Sequence record: SRR20825010_3251
Direction: 5' to 3' (one strand)
Length of the DNA stretch: 35,316 bases
Positions 8,932 to 19,465 of this stretch are shown one piece after another. Below the pieces are notes generated by a model that saw nothing but the letters and a program-made list of their open reading frames with translations, was not told the DNA's origin and searched no databases. The first letter of the stretch is position 1; each line of letters begins with the position of its first letter. The position numbers and the translations under genes are program-made.

Positions 8932-9180
8932 TTAGTGCAACGTCACAGGATGTTGCATCCAGGGTTTGTAGCCTTCAATAAAGGCTTCGATGTCATCGAT
9001 ATCAGGTTCTTGGGCGGCAAGATATTTCACCTCTTCGCGGAATCGCTCAGCGGCATCGCCCTGTAAAAACAGTTCGCGCTGATTGTTCTTGTCCACGATT
9101 TCAATGCCAAGGCTGGGTTGCCCCTCGCTCATGACCAAATCCACCACGCAGTAAAAGGGGCTATCAATCATCATTAACAT
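8932..9180 (-). CDS. DUF3567 / BTH_I0359-family small protein
   Basis: 82 aa, M.M..DS..YCVV...G.EIVDK...RE.FL.G..AE.FR pattern with a C-terminal P..LH. GGAGG Shine-Dalgarno. Confidence 0.85.
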   Translation of the reverse strand: MLMMIDSPFYCVVDLVMSEGQPSLGIEIVDKNNQRELFLQGDAAERFREEVKYLAAQEPDIDDIEAFIEGYKPWMQHPVTLH

Positions 9181-9211
9181 CGCAAACCTCCAAATAATAC
9201 TTTCAGGTTGA

Positions 9212-9239
9212 ATATGGTGATCTAAATAGCAATTTCAAG
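9212..9239 (-). promoter_or_regulatory. Sigma32 (RpoH)-type promoter for the DUF3567 gene
   Basis: Minus strand reads CTTGAAA-N13-CACCATAT against the consensus CTTGAAA-N13/14-CCCCATNT, about 30 nt upstream of the ATG. Confidence 0.7.
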
Positions 9240-9263
9240 GCCACGCCTTGGGCGTCAAACCCC

Positions 9264-9671
9264 TTACGCAAAATTCTCCACAAGAGTTATATCGGCAAAC
9301 CAATCATTCCATTGAGGCTCTTTTAATAACTGTAACACCTGTTCCGGGTGACTTTGGCTTTCAAGTTCGACCAACAGCACATTCGGTTGGTTCAATCTTA
9401 AGGTGCGGGCAAGGTGCGTGGACAGCACCAATTTGGAGGAGCAACACAAACAACCGGGGCTTAAACGCAGCACATGAATGCCACGGGCCTTGCGCTCGGT
9501 GTCAAGGCGAAACAATTCAGCCTGTGCCTCAACCGGGGTACACGAAAAAATTTCCGTGCTGGCCATCAAGGTAAGTTTTCCCGCAGCTGCGTGTTCAAAC
9601 AACAGCTGCTCAATGCGCTGCGCACGCAGTTCCGGATTGCGACCCGAAACAAGAAACACATGCGTTTTCAT
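9264..9671 (-). CDS. Degenerate COG0523/CobW-like (G3E GTPase-derived) small protein
   Basis: GCLCC metal motif followed by L...L.R.LR...P..LLVE.....HP (YeiR/YjiA-like Walker B region). No GxxGxGKT. Start overlaps the trkH stop (ATGA). Confidence 0.7.
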   Translation of the reverse strand: MKTHVFLVSGRNPELRAQRIEQLLFEHAAAGKLTLMASTEIFSCTPVEAQAELFRLDTERKARGIHVLRLSPGCLCCSSKLVLSTHLARTLRLNQPNVLLVELESQSHPEQVLQLLKEPQWNDWFADITLVENFA

Positions 9672-11128
9672 TTGCGCCAGAACGCCGGGGTGAACAACAC
9701 AAGAATGGTGAACATTTCCAGGCGGCCCAACAACATGGCGAATGAATACACCCAGGTTTGGAAGTCGCCAAGGCTGGCGAAATTCGAGGCAGGGCCCAAT
9801 TCACCCAATGCGGGCCCCAAACAGTTGATCATGGCAATGGTGCCGGTCAGCGCGGCGATTGGCTCAAGCCCCGAGAACATTTGAATCATGGTGATCACAA
9901 TGATGCTCATGCCATACATCAACATAAAAGCAAGTACACCAAAGATAACTTGAGCACTAACCGCTGACCCACGAATACGCACGGGGTTGACCGCTCGGGG
10001 ATGCAGAATTCGCGACAACTCGCCCACCGCATGTTGAAACAGGATAACCGCCCGCAGCATTTTAATACCACCACCAGTAGAACCAGCCGCAGTTGCAAAA
10101 ATGCTCAGAAAAATCATTAACAATGGCGCAAACATGGGCCACTGGCCATAATCGGTGTTTGCAAAGCCCGTTGTGGTGGCGACCGAAACGACATTGAACA
10201 AACTAAAACGAAAGGCTTCGCTAAAAGTTGTGTATTGCTGATGAGCAAGCAAAAAAACCGTGATGAACAACACTGCAATCAACATCAGCAGCAAAAACCA
10301 CTTCGCTTCAGGGCAACTGGAATAAGGTCGAAACGACTTGCCACGCCAAGCAAGAAAATGAACAGCGAAATTGATCCCGGAAATCAGCATGAACACCACG
10401 GCAACCATTTCAATGGCTGCCGAATCGAAGTAGGCGTAGCTGGCGTCATGCGAGGAGAAACCAGAAAGTGACATCGTGGTACCGGCATGCATAAATGCAT
10501 CCAGCCAGGTCATACCGGCCAGTTTGTAGCTGAGGGCACAAGCAAGTGACAGCACGAAGTACACCAGATACAGCGACTTCGCCGTTTCAGTAATGCGGGG
10601 AGTCAACTTACTGTCTTTCATCGGGCCCGGTGTTTCCGCCTTGAACACTTGCGAACCGCCCACACCCAACAGCGGCAAAATAGCCACCGCAAGCACCAAA
10701 ATACCCATGCCCCCCATCCACGCCAAAAGGCAACGCCAAATATTGATACTTGCGGGCATACCGTCCAAGCCACTTAGCACTGTAGCGCCTGTAGTCGTCA
10801 ACGCAGACACCATTTCAAAGTAGGCATCGGTGAGACTGAGTTCAGGAAAGTAAATCATCATGGGAATGGTTGAGAAGGCGGGAAGCCCAGCCCAAACCAT
10901 GGACACCAGCAGGAAACCGTCACGCGGTTGCAATTCTCGCTTGAACTTGCGGGTCAACAAATGCGACGCCACACCGATCAAGAACGTAACCAAAAAGCCA
11001 GTTGCAAACGCCTCTACCGTGGGTTCACCAGTAATGTACGCATAGCCTAGCGGCACCAAAAAAGCCACCGAGAACAATGCCACAGCGAAACCCAGAACGG
11101 TAACAACCGGAAAAAACGAATTCCTCAT
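9668..11128 (-). CDS. trkH: Trk potassium uptake membrane protein
   Basis: Polytopic membrane protein with FE..S..TTTGAT, W.GGMG, TTTGF, GSTGGGIK and MLLGRLE. Confidence 0.96.
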   Translation of the reverse strand: MRNSFFPVVTVLGFAVALFSVAFLVPLGYAYITGEPTVEAFATGFLVTFLIGVASHLLTRKFKRELQPRDGFLLVSMVWAGLPAFSTIPMMIYFPELSLTDAYFEMVSALTTTGATVLSGLDGMPASINIWRCLLAWMGGMGILVLAVAILPLLGVGGSQVFKAETPGPMKDSKLTPRITETAKSLYLVYFVLSLACALSYKLAGMTWLDAFMHAGTTMSLSGFSSHDASYAYFDSAAIEMVAVVFMLISGINFAVHFLAWRGKSFRPYSSCPEAKWFLLLMLIAVLFITVFLLAHQQYTTFSEAFRFSLFNVVSVATTTGFANTDYGQWPMFAPLLMIFLSIFATAAGSTGGGIKMLRAVILFQHAVGELSRILHPRAVNPVRIRGSAVSAQVIFGVLAFMLMYGMSIIVITMIQMFSGLEPIAALTGTIAMINCLGPALGELGPASNFASLGDFQTWVYSFAMLLGRLEMFTILVLFTPAFWRK

Positions 11129-11143
11129 GCAGCGCGCACCACT

Positions 11144-12520
11144 TTAGATGAACCCCACGCCGACCTGGAACAGCTTCTCAACCTGGGGCACCAGTTTGCG
11201 ATTTTCCACAAAGGTAATGATGTGATCTTCGGCCTCAATCACGGTATCGTGGTGCGCCATGATCACTTGATCACCCCGAACAATGGCACCAATCACAGCA
11301 CCCTTTGGCATGTCAATTTTCTCAATGGAACGGCCCACCACCTTCGACGACTTTGAATCGCCGTGCGCAATAGTTTCAATCGCCTCGGCCACACCACGGC
11401 GCAAACGGTGAACGGCCACCACATCACCACGACGAATGTGCTTGAGCAATTCGCTAAGCGTGGCATTCGACGGCGCCAGTGCAATGTCAATTTGCCCACC
11501 CTGCACCAGCTCGGCATACACCTTGCGCTGAATCAGCGCGATGACCCGGCGTGCGCCCATGCGCTTGGCCAACAAGGAAGACATGATGTTGTTTTCATCG
11601 TCGTTGGTCAGTGCAATAAAGGTGTCGACATCTTGCACATTTTCTTCGGCCAGCAAATCTTCATCTGTGGCATCGCCGTACAACACCAGCGTGCGCGAAC
11701 CCAGCTGGCTTGCCAAATCTTCGCAACGCTTTCGATCCGCATCAATCACTTTCACCTGGTAGTTCTCTTCCAGGCTTCTGGCCAGGCGCAAACCAATGTT
11801 GCCACCACCGGCAATCATCACCTTGGTGACCGGTTTTGAAACGCGGCGAAGCTCGGCCATCACGGTGCGAACATGTTCCGTGGCTGACAGACAAAACACC
11901 TCGTCGCCCGGCTGAATCATGGTGTAACCCTCGACGGCCACCGGCTGGTTTTCCCGGAATAGCGCCACAATGCGCACATCGATTTTGGGCAGGTGTTTGC
12001 GCAGGTCTTCGATGGGGTGCGAAACCAAAGGCCCACCCGCGTAGGCGCGCACAGAAACCAGCGTCACTTTGCCATCGGCAAAATCAAGCACCTGTAAGGC
12101 ATCGGGAAACTCGATCAGGCGTTCAATGTGTTCGGTCACGCTTTGCTCGGGGCAAATAACATGGTCCACATTAAAACCTTCGTCGCCGTGCAGGTTGGCC
12201 TGCTCCATCATTTCCGGCGAGCGCACCCGCGCAATGCGGCGTGGCACGTTGAACATCAATGCCGCCATGCGGCAGGCCACCAGATTGGTTTCATCGCTGC
12301 GGGTGACCGCCACCAGCATGTCGGCGTCTTCGGCGCCAGCCTGCCTCAACACGCGGGGCAAAGCACCATTGCCAGCAATGGTACGCAGGTCGTAGCGGTC
12401 TTGAAGGTCAGCCAACACCGCAGGGTCTGGATCGATGAGGGTGATGTCATTGTGCTCGGACACCAGGCTTTCCGCGAGGCTTGCCCCCACACGCCCAGCG
12501 CCGACGATGATAATTTTCAT
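11144..12520 (-). CDS. trkA: Trk potassium uptake NAD-binding subunit
   Basis: MKIIIVGAGRVG and a second RCK motif IAGGGNIG. 458 aa, directly upstream of trkH. Confidence 0.96.
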   Translation of the reverse strand: MKIIIVGAGRVGASLAESLVSEHNDITLIDPDPAVLADLQDRYDLRTIAGNGALPRVLRQAGAEDADMLVAVTRSDETNLVACRMAALMFNVPRRIARVRSPEMMEQANLHGDEGFNVDHVICPEQSVTEHIERLIEFPDALQVLDFADGKVTLVSVRAYAGGPLVSHPIEDLRKHLPKIDVRIVALFRENQPVAVEGYTMIQPGDEVFCLSATEHVRTVMAELRRVSKPVTKVMIAGGGNIGLRLARSLEENYQVKVIDADRKRCEDLASQLGSRTLVLYGDATDEDLLAEENVQDVDTFIALTNDDENNIMSSLLAKRMGARRVIALIQRKVYAELVQGGQIDIALAPSNATLSELLKHIRRGDVVAVHRLRRGVAEAIETIAHGDSKSSKVVGRSIEKIDMPKGAVIGAIVRGDQVIMAHHDTVIEAEDHIITFVENRKLVPQVEKLFQVGVGFI

Positions 12521-13239
12521 GCGATATTTTTTCGCGCAGTGCGGCCCACTTCCACACCCAGCTGTTTGAGTTTTCGGTACAAGTGTGTGCGTTCAATACC
12601 GGTTCGCTCAGCAAGGCGGGTCATGCTGCCATTTTCAAGACGCAAGTGGTATTCGAAATAAATCCGTTCGAAAGAATCGCGAGCATCGCGCAACTGCGCG
12701 TCGAGATCAAGCGTGGACAATTCGGCCAAGGCTTGGCCCAAAGGGCTGGTGTCAGGCGCGGATCCAGAATTGCCCGATACAGACATGCCACTGCCCGCAA
12801 CGCCACCAAGTGCACCGGGAATCCCATTGGCTTTGGGCTGCGATTGCATCAAGGCACGAGCGGACTGCACCATTTTTCCACGGGCCAAACCCTTTTCAAC
12901 AGCGCCGAGCAACTTTTGCAGTGAAATGGGTTTTTCCAGAAAGTCCAGCGCACCGATGCGCGTGGCCTCAACTGCCGTGTCGATGGTGGCGTGTCCACTC
13001 ATCATGATCACAGGCATGGTCAACAGCCCTTTCACGGACCATTCTTTCAGCAGGGTAACGCCGTCGGTGTCGGGCATCCAGATGTCGAGCAACACCAGGT
13101 CGGGTTGCTCTTGGTCGCGAAGCGTACGCGCCTGACTTGCATTTTCTGCAAGCAGCACGGCATGCCCTTCATCCCCAAGGATTTCGGACAAAAGTTCTCG
13201 AATTCCAATTTCGTCATCAACAACGAGAATGGTCGCCAT
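12517..13239 (-). CDS. ntrX: NtrX-like response regulator (REC plus Fis-type HTH, no AAA+ domain)
   Basis: ILVVDDE, LLDIWMPD.DG, MMSGH, EKP, then a Gly/Ser-rich linker and FER.Y...ERTHLYRKLK. Follows the NtrY-like kinase. Confidence 0.85.
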   Translation of the reverse strand: MATILVVDDEIGIRELLSEILGDEGHAVLLAENASQARTLRDQEQPDLVLLDIWMPDTDGVTLLKEWSVKGLLTMPVIMMSGHATIDTAVEATRIGALDFLEKPISLQKLLGAVEKGLARGKMVQSARALMQSQPKANGIPGALGGVAGSGMSVSGNSGSAPDTSPLGQALAELSTLDLDAQLRDARDSFERIYFEYHLRLENGSMTRLAERTGIERTHLYRKLKQLGVEVGRTARKNIA

Positions 13240-13257
13240 GGTTAGAGAGTTCCTTCT

Positions 13258-15531
13258 TTATGCGGCCTGACTATGTTCGGCATTGTTCAAGGTGTCTTGC
13301 AACACGGGGAAGGTTAGTTCCACCGCCGCACCAACAACCCGCCCTTGTGCATCTACCCTGTTTCGAATGGCAATTCGCGCTTTGTGTTCATCTGCGATTT
13401 TCCGCACAATGGCCAATCCCAAACCCGTACCTTTTGTTTTGGTTGTGATGTAAGGCTCGAAAGCTTTGGCCAGCAAATCGGGATTGAAACCCGGCCCGTT
13501 GTCAGCCACCACCAACTTCACACCCACCAACTGTTCTTGTTCGCCTTCCGGCGATTTCAAACCCTCGGTTCGCACTTCGACTTGGGGACTGTTGCAATCC
13601 ACACACGCGTCTAAAGCATTTTGCAACAAATTATGGATCACTTGGCGCAACTGCGACGAATCTCCTGCCACCAGCGGTAATTTTTCCGTCAATTTTGGAA
13701 TGAAGCGGTTTTCTACTTGTTCTTCAATGCCCACATGCACATCGTACAGTGCCAACACATCGATCACCAGGTCATTCAAATCCAGCGGTTTCAAATCGGC
13801 GGGCGGCAAACGCGCATAATCGCGGAAATCGTTGACCAATCGTTTCAGGGATTCAACCTGGTTCACGATCGTGCGCGTGGCCCGCTGCAAAATACCGGAT
13901 TCCGGTTCTTGCAGTTTGTCAGCCAGCTTCATTTGCAAACGCTCGGCTGAAAGCTGAATCGGGGTAAGCGGGTTTTTGATTTCATGCGCAAGGCGACGTG
14001 CCACTTCACCCCAGGCTGCCGTTCGCTGCGCGGAAATCAGTGCAGTAATGTCGTCGCACACCAGCACGTAACCCGCTTTCTCACCGGGCAAGCGCGAACC
14101 TCGAACCAGTATCGATTTTGAGCTTTGTGAATCGAAGGCGCGCGGAATTTCAAGCTGCTTTTGCCAGATACCGCTTTCTTCGCCTTCATTGCCCTGGTTG
14201 TCGGCCACGCTGGCGCGTACCGCCATGGCGAAGCCTTCCAGGCCGGGCATGTCATCCAACGGGTGGCCCTGGTTCTCGGCCAGTGAGCGATCAAAAATTC
14301 GCAGCGCACCGTCGTTGTACATTTTCAGGCGCAGCTTGTGGTCCAGCACCAGCACACCAGCCGACAAACTGGTCAGCAAACTTTGCAGAAAATCATTGTT
14401 GGCGGCCAACTGGTTTTGGTTGGCTTGAAGGCGACGCTGCGCCTCCGACAATTGCCGGGTCATGGTGTTGAAAGAATCAACCAGCTCGCGCAGTTCATCG
14501 TCGGCATTCACGGGCTGCATGGTCTTGAAGTTGCCACTGGCCAGTGCCTTGGTGCCCTCGGCCAACCACAACAATGGCGACGACAACCTGGACGACAACC
14601 AGAACGCGGCTGCGACCGACACAAACACCGTGAGCAACAAAGCCAGGGTCAGCGTGATGCCGTAAATTTTCCGAAGGCCCGAACGCGACAACTGCAATTC
14701 CTGATAATCGCGGTACACGCTTTGAACGGCATTGGCCCGCTGTGACAACGTGGTCGGTACGGGGTGCATAATTTGAACGTAACGCTGGCCCAAATCAAAA
14801 CTGGTCAAGGGCGGGGCAATGGGCACCACCACGCGCATGTAAAGCCGTTCTTCAGGGTCGTCTGGATCGGGTTCAATTTGCTGAAACGGGCGGGTCATGA
14901 GCGCCTGGCGCAACATGACCTGCGTGGGCAGGCTGGGCAACAGGCTGTCGAGTTGCCCGCCCGAGCTGCCCAGAATTTGCCCGGTTTCGGACAACAGCGT
15001 CAGTTCCTGCACATTGGCAGCATCGCGCAGGCGCGGCAGTTCAAGCAGCTGTTCGCTCGGTGTGGCGCGCGAAAGTTCGATGGAAATGGACTGCCCTTTC
15101 AAGGCCAGTTCATTGATCAAACTGTCGAGCGCGGTCTGCCCCAAATTCAAACCCGATTCCAGTGCGCCATCCACGCGCACATCAAACCAGCTGTCGATAC
15201 TTTTTGCCAGAAACTGAACCGACACCAAATACAGCACGAAGCCAGGAATCAACCCCATAAGCGCGAACGACAGCGACATGCGCAGCATAAGCCGCGAGCC
15301 AAACACGCCTGCGCGGTAACGGCGCACCATGCGCACAATCAGCAACAACAAAATTGCGAACAGACCGGCCGCGATGATGCCGTTGAGCGTAATCAGCAGT
15401 GGGTAATTGCTTTCAAAAAAATCGGTGTTCGATGAAGCCGAGGCCAACAAAAACAGAAATACACCCCCCAGGCCACCCATGATCAAAAGGGTGTAACGCA
15501 ACCAGCGGGTGTTCTCCAGCCAGGGGTTCAT
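13258..15531 (-). CDS. ntrY: NtrY-like sensor histidine kinase (TM, HAMP, PAS, HisKA, HATPase)
   Basis: AWGEVARRLAHEIKNPLTPIQLSAERL, NLLQNA, DNGPG, FEPY.TTK.KGTGLGL. Conserved rsmB-DUF4390-ntrYX-trkAH context. Confidence 0.88.
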   Translation of the reverse strand: MNPWLENTRWLRYTLLIMGGLGGVFLFLLASASSNTDFFESNYPLLITLNGIIAAGLFAILLLLIVRMVRRYRAGVFGSRLMLRMSLSFALMGLIPGFVLYLVSVQFLAKSIDSWFDVRVDGALESGLNLGQTALDSLINELALKGQSISIELSRATPSEQLLELPRLRDAANVQELTLLSETGQILGSSGGQLDSLLPSLPTQVMLRQALMTRPFQQIEPDPDDPEERLYMRVVVPIAPPLTSFDLGQRYVQIMHPVPTTLSQRANAVQSVYRDYQELQLSRSGLRKIYGITLTLALLLTVFVSVAAAFWLSSRLSSPLLWLAEGTKALASGNFKTMQPVNADDELRELVDSFNTMTRQLSEAQRRLQANQNQLAANNDFLQSLLTSLSAGVLVLDHKLRLKMYNDGALRIFDRSLAENQGHPLDDMPGLEGFAMAVRASVADNQGNEGEESGIWQKQLEIPRAFDSQSSKSILVRGSRLPGEKAGYVLVCDDITALISAQRTAAWGEVARRLAHEIKNPLTPIQLSAERLQMKLADKLQEPESGILQRATRTIVNQVESLKRLVNDFRDYARLPPADLKPLDLNDLVIDVLALYDVHVGIEEQVENRFIPKLTEKLPLVAGDSSQLRQVIHNLLQNALDACVDCNSPQVEVRTEGLKSPEGEQEQLVGVKLVVADNGPGFNPDLLAKAFEPYITTKTKGTGLGLAIVRKIADEHKARIAIRNRVDAQGRVVGAAVELTFPVLQDTLNNAEHSQAA

Positions 15532-16145
15532 TTCAAAGCCTCGCGCTTGGGCGTGAAGTCAAAGGTCAGCCATTCTGAGGACAAGTCCCATTCGCTGTTC
15601 ACCAGTGCACTGATCTGGAATGGCTTGGGCAATTCCGTCAACAACAGTCGAAAGCGAACCTGCGCTTCATAGGGTTGACCAATGCTGATGCGCTCACGCG
15701 AAATAACAGCCCAGTCCCTGACCTTGGTCATGTACTGCATCGCATCTTCAAGCGTGGGCGCATTGTAGGTGTTTGCGGGGGTGGTCACGCGGTAAGTGCG
15801 GGTCAACGCGATGTAGGACAAACTCAATGGGTACGTGGTGCTGACCACCTCTTCGTCCATCCAGTACCAACGCGAACGCGTCAGCTTGAAGTCGACTGCA
15901 AATTGAAGTGGCAAGCCCCTGTCCACCGCCTCGCGCAGTTTGTGGCCCAGTTCAATGTCAAATTCAGCAGCGAGATTCCAGCCCGCGGCGGCGGGTGGTT
16001 TGCTGGGTTCGAGCTTGACGGCGGTCACCCGCGTAATCGAATCTTGTTGCGCAAGGCCCACCGCGAGAACACACATCAACAGCAGGCCGAACAGGCCATG
16101 CACGATGCGCATCCAAGACAAGGTGTGGGCCTGGCTAAATTTCAA
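15528..16145 (-). CDS. DUF4390 periplasmic protein
   Basis: Signal-peptide-like N-terminus, G.PL.F, R.RWYW.DE, LSY..LTR.YRV, LPKPFQ..AL...W. Exact start uncertain. Confidence 0.85.
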   Translation of the reverse strand: MKFSQAHTLSWMRIVHGLFGLLLMCVLAVGLAQQDSITRVTAVKLEPSKPPAAAGWNLAAEFDIELGHKLREAVDRGLPLQFAVDFKLTRSRWYWMDEEVVSTTYPLSLSYIALTRTYRVTTPANTYNAPTLEDAMQYMTKVRDWAVISRERISIGQPYEAQVRFRLLLTELPKPFQISALVNSEWDLSSEWLTFDFTPKREALK

Positions 16146-16154
16146 GGCACACCC

Positions 16155-17522
16155 TCAAGTGGTTAGAGATTTTTCAAACTTGGCGTAAAAGAACCCATCG
16201 GGAGACGCTTCATAACCTTCACTGCTGCTGTCCGAATGGGTAGGCAACATGAAACCAGGGGCTGTTTTCGCCACGGCATCGGGATGATTGTCTTGAAAAG
16301 CTTTTGCCAACAGGGGCCCCTCTTCAGGAAAGATGGAACAGGTCACCAGCAAAAGTGTACCGCCCGGCTTTAGGGTAGACCACAAAGCGTTCAGTATTTT
16401 GTGTTGTATCTGCGACAACTTGGCAATATCGTCGGGTCTACGCAACCACGGTATGTCGGGGTGGCGACGAACCACGCCCGAACCGGTGCAGGGCACATCG
16501 GCCAAAATGCCATCAAAAGGCACGCCATCCCACCAGGTGTCGAGCAATTCAGCTTGTGCCACTTTCAGGCGCAAGTCCCATTTGCCATTCAATGTGGGGG
16601 CAATGCGGCGAATGTTGTCTTCCACGCGGCCAAGGCGCTGCGGGCTTGAATCTAGGGCAACCAGCTCAATGTCGGCCAATTCCAGCAGGTGGCCAGTTTT
16701 GCCGCCTGGGGCCGCACAGGCGTCCAGAATGCGTTGGCCGCTCTGGGGGTTCAACAGTTGTGCTGCCAATTGGGCAGCGCTGTCTTGTACCGACACCTGG
16801 CCCAATTCAAAGCCGGGCAAAGCCGACACAGGCACCGGTTTGGCCAGCAACACCGCTTGATCGCCAATGACACTGGCCTGCATGCCAGCTGCATTCAATT
16901 GCTCGGCGTAGGCCTGTGCCGAACTGCTTCGGCTGTTGACCCGCACCACCAGCGGGGGGTGGCTTTGCGCCTGGCCAAGCAAGGCTTGCCAGTTCTCAGG
17001 GTGGCTGGCTTTCATTTTCCCAACCCACCAAACGGGCAGGTTGTACTGGGCCAGTGGGTCTTCAAGCGCCTTGGTGCGCCATGTGTTTGAATCGCGCAAA
17101 AAGTTGCGCAAACAGGCATTGGCCAAACCCTTGGCCCGCGCAAATTCTTCGCTGCCCGTGCAGGCATACACCATTTGGTCCACCACCGTGTGTGCGGGGT
17201 ACTTGGGGTTTTTGGCATCCCACAGCAAACCGAAGCCCAGTGCCATCAATTCATTCAATGGCTCGGGGCTCAGGCTGGGCTTGCCACTGATCAACCGCGT
17301 AAGCACCTGGCCTTTGCCCATGTGCCGCATGCCAAAGTAGGCAAGGTCTTGAATCGCACCCAAAGCCTGCGGTGTTTTCACCCCGTGGGTTTCGGACGCA
17401 AGCGCCTGGTCAAGTGAACGCCCTTCCCGCAATACGCGGGTCAGCACGGCAGCCGCCTTTAACAGTGCAAAGGCAAGGCTGGCTTCGGTCAGCTTGGGTG
17501 GTTTGGTGTTGACCGGCTTCAA
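16155..17522 (-). CDS. rsmB: 16S rRNA m5C967 methyltransferase
   Basis: NusB-like N-terminus, [39 protein letters not shown] start overlaps the htpX stop. Confidence 0.95.
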   Translation of the reverse strand: MKPVNTKPPKLTEASLAFALLKAAAVLTRVLREGRSLDQALASETHGVKTPQALGAIQDLAYFGMRHMGKGQVLTRLISGKPSLSPEPLNELMALGFGLLWDAKNPKYPAHTVVDQMVYACTGSEEFARAKGLANACLRNFLRDSNTWRTKALEDPLAQYNLPVWWVGKMKASHPENWQALLGQAQSHPPLVVRVNSRSSSAQAYAEQLNAAGMQASVIGDQAVLLAKPVPVSALPGFELGQVSVQDSAAQLAAQLLNPQSGQRILDACAAPGGKTGHLLELADIELVALDSSPQRLGRVEDNIRRIAPTLNGKWDLRLKVAQAELLDTWWDGVPFDGILADVPCTGSGVVRRHPDIPWLRRPDDIAKLSQIQHKILNALWSTLKPGGTLLLVTCSIFPEEGPLLAKAFQDNHPDAVAKTAPGFMLPTHSDSSSEGYEASPDGFFYAKFEKSLTT

Positions 17523-18379
17523 AGTGGGCCGCCAGTGCTGCGGGCCAAGTCCATCAAACGGCGAATACGCTCTTCCGTGGGCGGGTGGGTAGAAAACAGG
17601 CCGGCAATGCCTTGGCCTGAAAGCGGGTTCATGATCATCATTTGAGCAGTTTCCGGGTGCGCTTCAGTGGTACGGAACGGAATGCCTTTGGCATAACGTT
17701 GAATTTTATCCAGGGCGCTGGCCAAGGCTGCCGGGTCGCCACAAATTTCAGCGCCTCCACGGTCGGCCTCGTATTCACGGGCGCGGGAAATCGACATTTG
17801 AATCAGCGAAGCCGCCAGGGGCGCCAAAATGGCAAGCGCAATACTGGCCACCGGGTTCATGGGTTGGCCGTTTTCATCGCGCCCGCCAAAGAACAGGGCA
17901 AAGTTGGCCAAGGCAGAAATGGCACCCGCCATGGTGGCAGAAATGGTGGAAATCAAAATATCACGGTGCTTCACATGGGCCAGTTCATGGGCCATTACGC
18001 CACGCAATTCACGGGCGGAAAGTACCTGCAAAATACCGGTGGTTGCAGCCACGGCGGCGTTTTCCGGGTTACGGCCGGTTGCAAAGGCATTGGGTGCGTT
18101 GTCGTTGATCAGGTACACGCGCGGCATGGGCAGCTCGGCGCGCTGTGCCAGCTCAGCCACCATGTTGTAGAAATCAGGTGCGCCGCTGGCATCCACCTGT
18201 TTTGCGTTGTACATGCGCAAAACCATTTTGTCGGAAAACCAGTACGCACCAAAGTTCATCACCAAGGCAAAACCCAGGGCCAGCAGCATGCCGCCACGGC
18301 CACCCATCATGCCGCCCAGCACCACGAACAGCGCGGTGATGGCAGCCATCAGCATGAATGTTTTCATCCAGTTGAACAT
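17519..18379 (-). CDS. htpX: Zinc metalloprotease HtpX
   Basis: Start reassigned to ATG 18379 (MFNWMKT). [14 protein letters not shown] (HExxH), SR.REY.AD, FSTHPP..ERI. Confidence 0.95.
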   Translation of the reverse strand: MFNWMKTFMLMAAITALFVVLGGMMGGRGGMLLALGFALVMNFGAYWFSDKMVLRMYNAKQVDASGAPDFYNMVAELAQRAELPMPRVYLINDNAPNAFATGRNPENAAVAATTGILQVLSARELRGVMAHELAHVKHRDILISTISATMAGAISALANFALFFGGRDENGQPMNPVASIALAILAPLAASLIQMSISRAREYEADRGGAEICGDPAALASALDKIQRYAKGIPFRTTEAHPETAQMMIMNPLSGQGIAGLFSTHPPTEERIRRLMDLARSTGGPL

Positions 18380-18429
18380 GATTCTCTCTTCCCGGCCGCG
18401 TGTGCAGCCTTGTTGATTCGACCATTTAA

Positions 18430-18457
18430 AAATAAAGCTTTTTCGCGAAATTTCAAG
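18430..18457 (-). promoter_or_regulatory. Possible sigma32-type internal promoter for htpX
   Basis: CTTGAAA-N13-CTTTATTT: perfect -35 and degenerate -10, in the fmt-htpX gap. htpX is a known heat-shock gene in E. coli. Confidence 0.45.
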
Positions 18458-18467
18458 GTCAATACAA

Positions 18468-19451
18468 TCAGTTGGAGGGGTCGAACCCCAGTTGGGTTCC
18501 AGCCACCAAGCCCAAAGCCTGCGCCACTTGCAGCGCAGGCTGCCGCTTGCCACCCGCTTTTTGCAGCGTGCGAATGCGCAGCACACCCTGCCCACACTGC
18601 ACTTCAATGCCTGCGGAATCAACGGACAACACTTCACCGGGTTTACCCATCAAACCCGCCACGGCAACAGTTTCTGCATCGAAACATTTCAAGGGCTCAC
18701 CATTGAACAGGGTGTTCGCGCCGGGAAATGGATCAAAGGCACGCAGTGTACGCTGAAGTTCAACAGCACTACGGCCCCAACTGATCACCCCTTCAGCTTT
18801 GGTGATTTTTTCTGCGTAAGTAACGCCCACGGTGGGTTGGGGGACAAGGGGCAGGGTTTCGGCCTGCAAGGCGTCTAGCGCCTCGACCAGCAGGTTGCCG
18901 CCCAGCACAGCCAGTTTGTCGTGCAGGGTACTTGCGGTGTCGGTCAGCGCGATGGGCAACGCACGGTGCAAACGAACAGGACCAGTGTCCAGCCCAGCTT
19001 CCATCTGCATGATGCACACACCGGTTTCAGAATCGCCCGCTTCAATACAACGTTGAATGGGTGCCGCACCGCGCCAGCGCGGCAGAAGGCTGCCATGAAT
19101 ATTCAGGCAACCCAGGCGCGGGGCATCCAGCACAACTTGCGGCAAAATAAGGCCATAGGCCGCCACAACAAGCACATCAAGAGGCTGGCCATGCACTGCA
19201 GTTCTCAAAGCCTGCAGGGCGTGTTCGGCATCCTCGCCTTTTTTCAGGCTGAGCGGCTGCAACACAGGCAAGCCATGGGCCAGCGCCAACTGCTTCACAG
19301 GCGAAGCCTGCAGCTTCATGCCACGGCCAGCAGGGCGGTCGGGTTGGGTCAGCACCAAGTGCACTGGGTAACCAGCAACCATGAGCTTTTCCAGCGCGAC
19401 CCGGGCAAATTCGGGCGTGCCGGCAAAACCCACATTCAGGGTTCGGTTCAT
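18468..19451 (-). CDS. fmt: Methionyl-tRNA formyltransferase
   Basis: [47 protein letters not shown]. Start is either ATG 19451 or TTG 19469. Confidence 0.96.
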   Translation of the reverse strand: MNRTLNVGFAGTPEFARVALEKLMVAGYPVHLVLTQPDRPAGRGMKLQASPVKQLALAHGLPVLQPLSLKKGEDAEHALQALRTAVHGQPLDVLVVAAYGLILPQVVLDAPRLGCLNIHGSLLPRWRGAAPIQRCIEAGDSETGVCIMQMEAGLDTGPVRLHRALPIALTDTASTLHDKLAVLGGNLLVEALDALQAETLPLVPQPTVGVTYAEKITKAEGVISWGRSAVELQRTLRAFDPFPGANTLFNGEPLKCFDAETVAVAGLMGKPGEVLSVDSAGIEVQCGQGVLRIRTLQKAGGKRQPALQVAQALGLVAGTQLGFDPSN

Positions 19452-19465
19452 AGGGGGATCAGCAA

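Noticed and set aside
18380-18637. 86-aa N-terminal extension of HtpX in the ORF track
   Set aside because: It overlaps fmt and the candidate promoter. The HtpX-like sequence begins at ATG 18379.
17642-18706. 354-aa plus-strand ORF
   Set aside because: It is antisense to htpX and fmt and has no recognisable motifs. Long shadow ORFs are expected opposite codon-biased genes.
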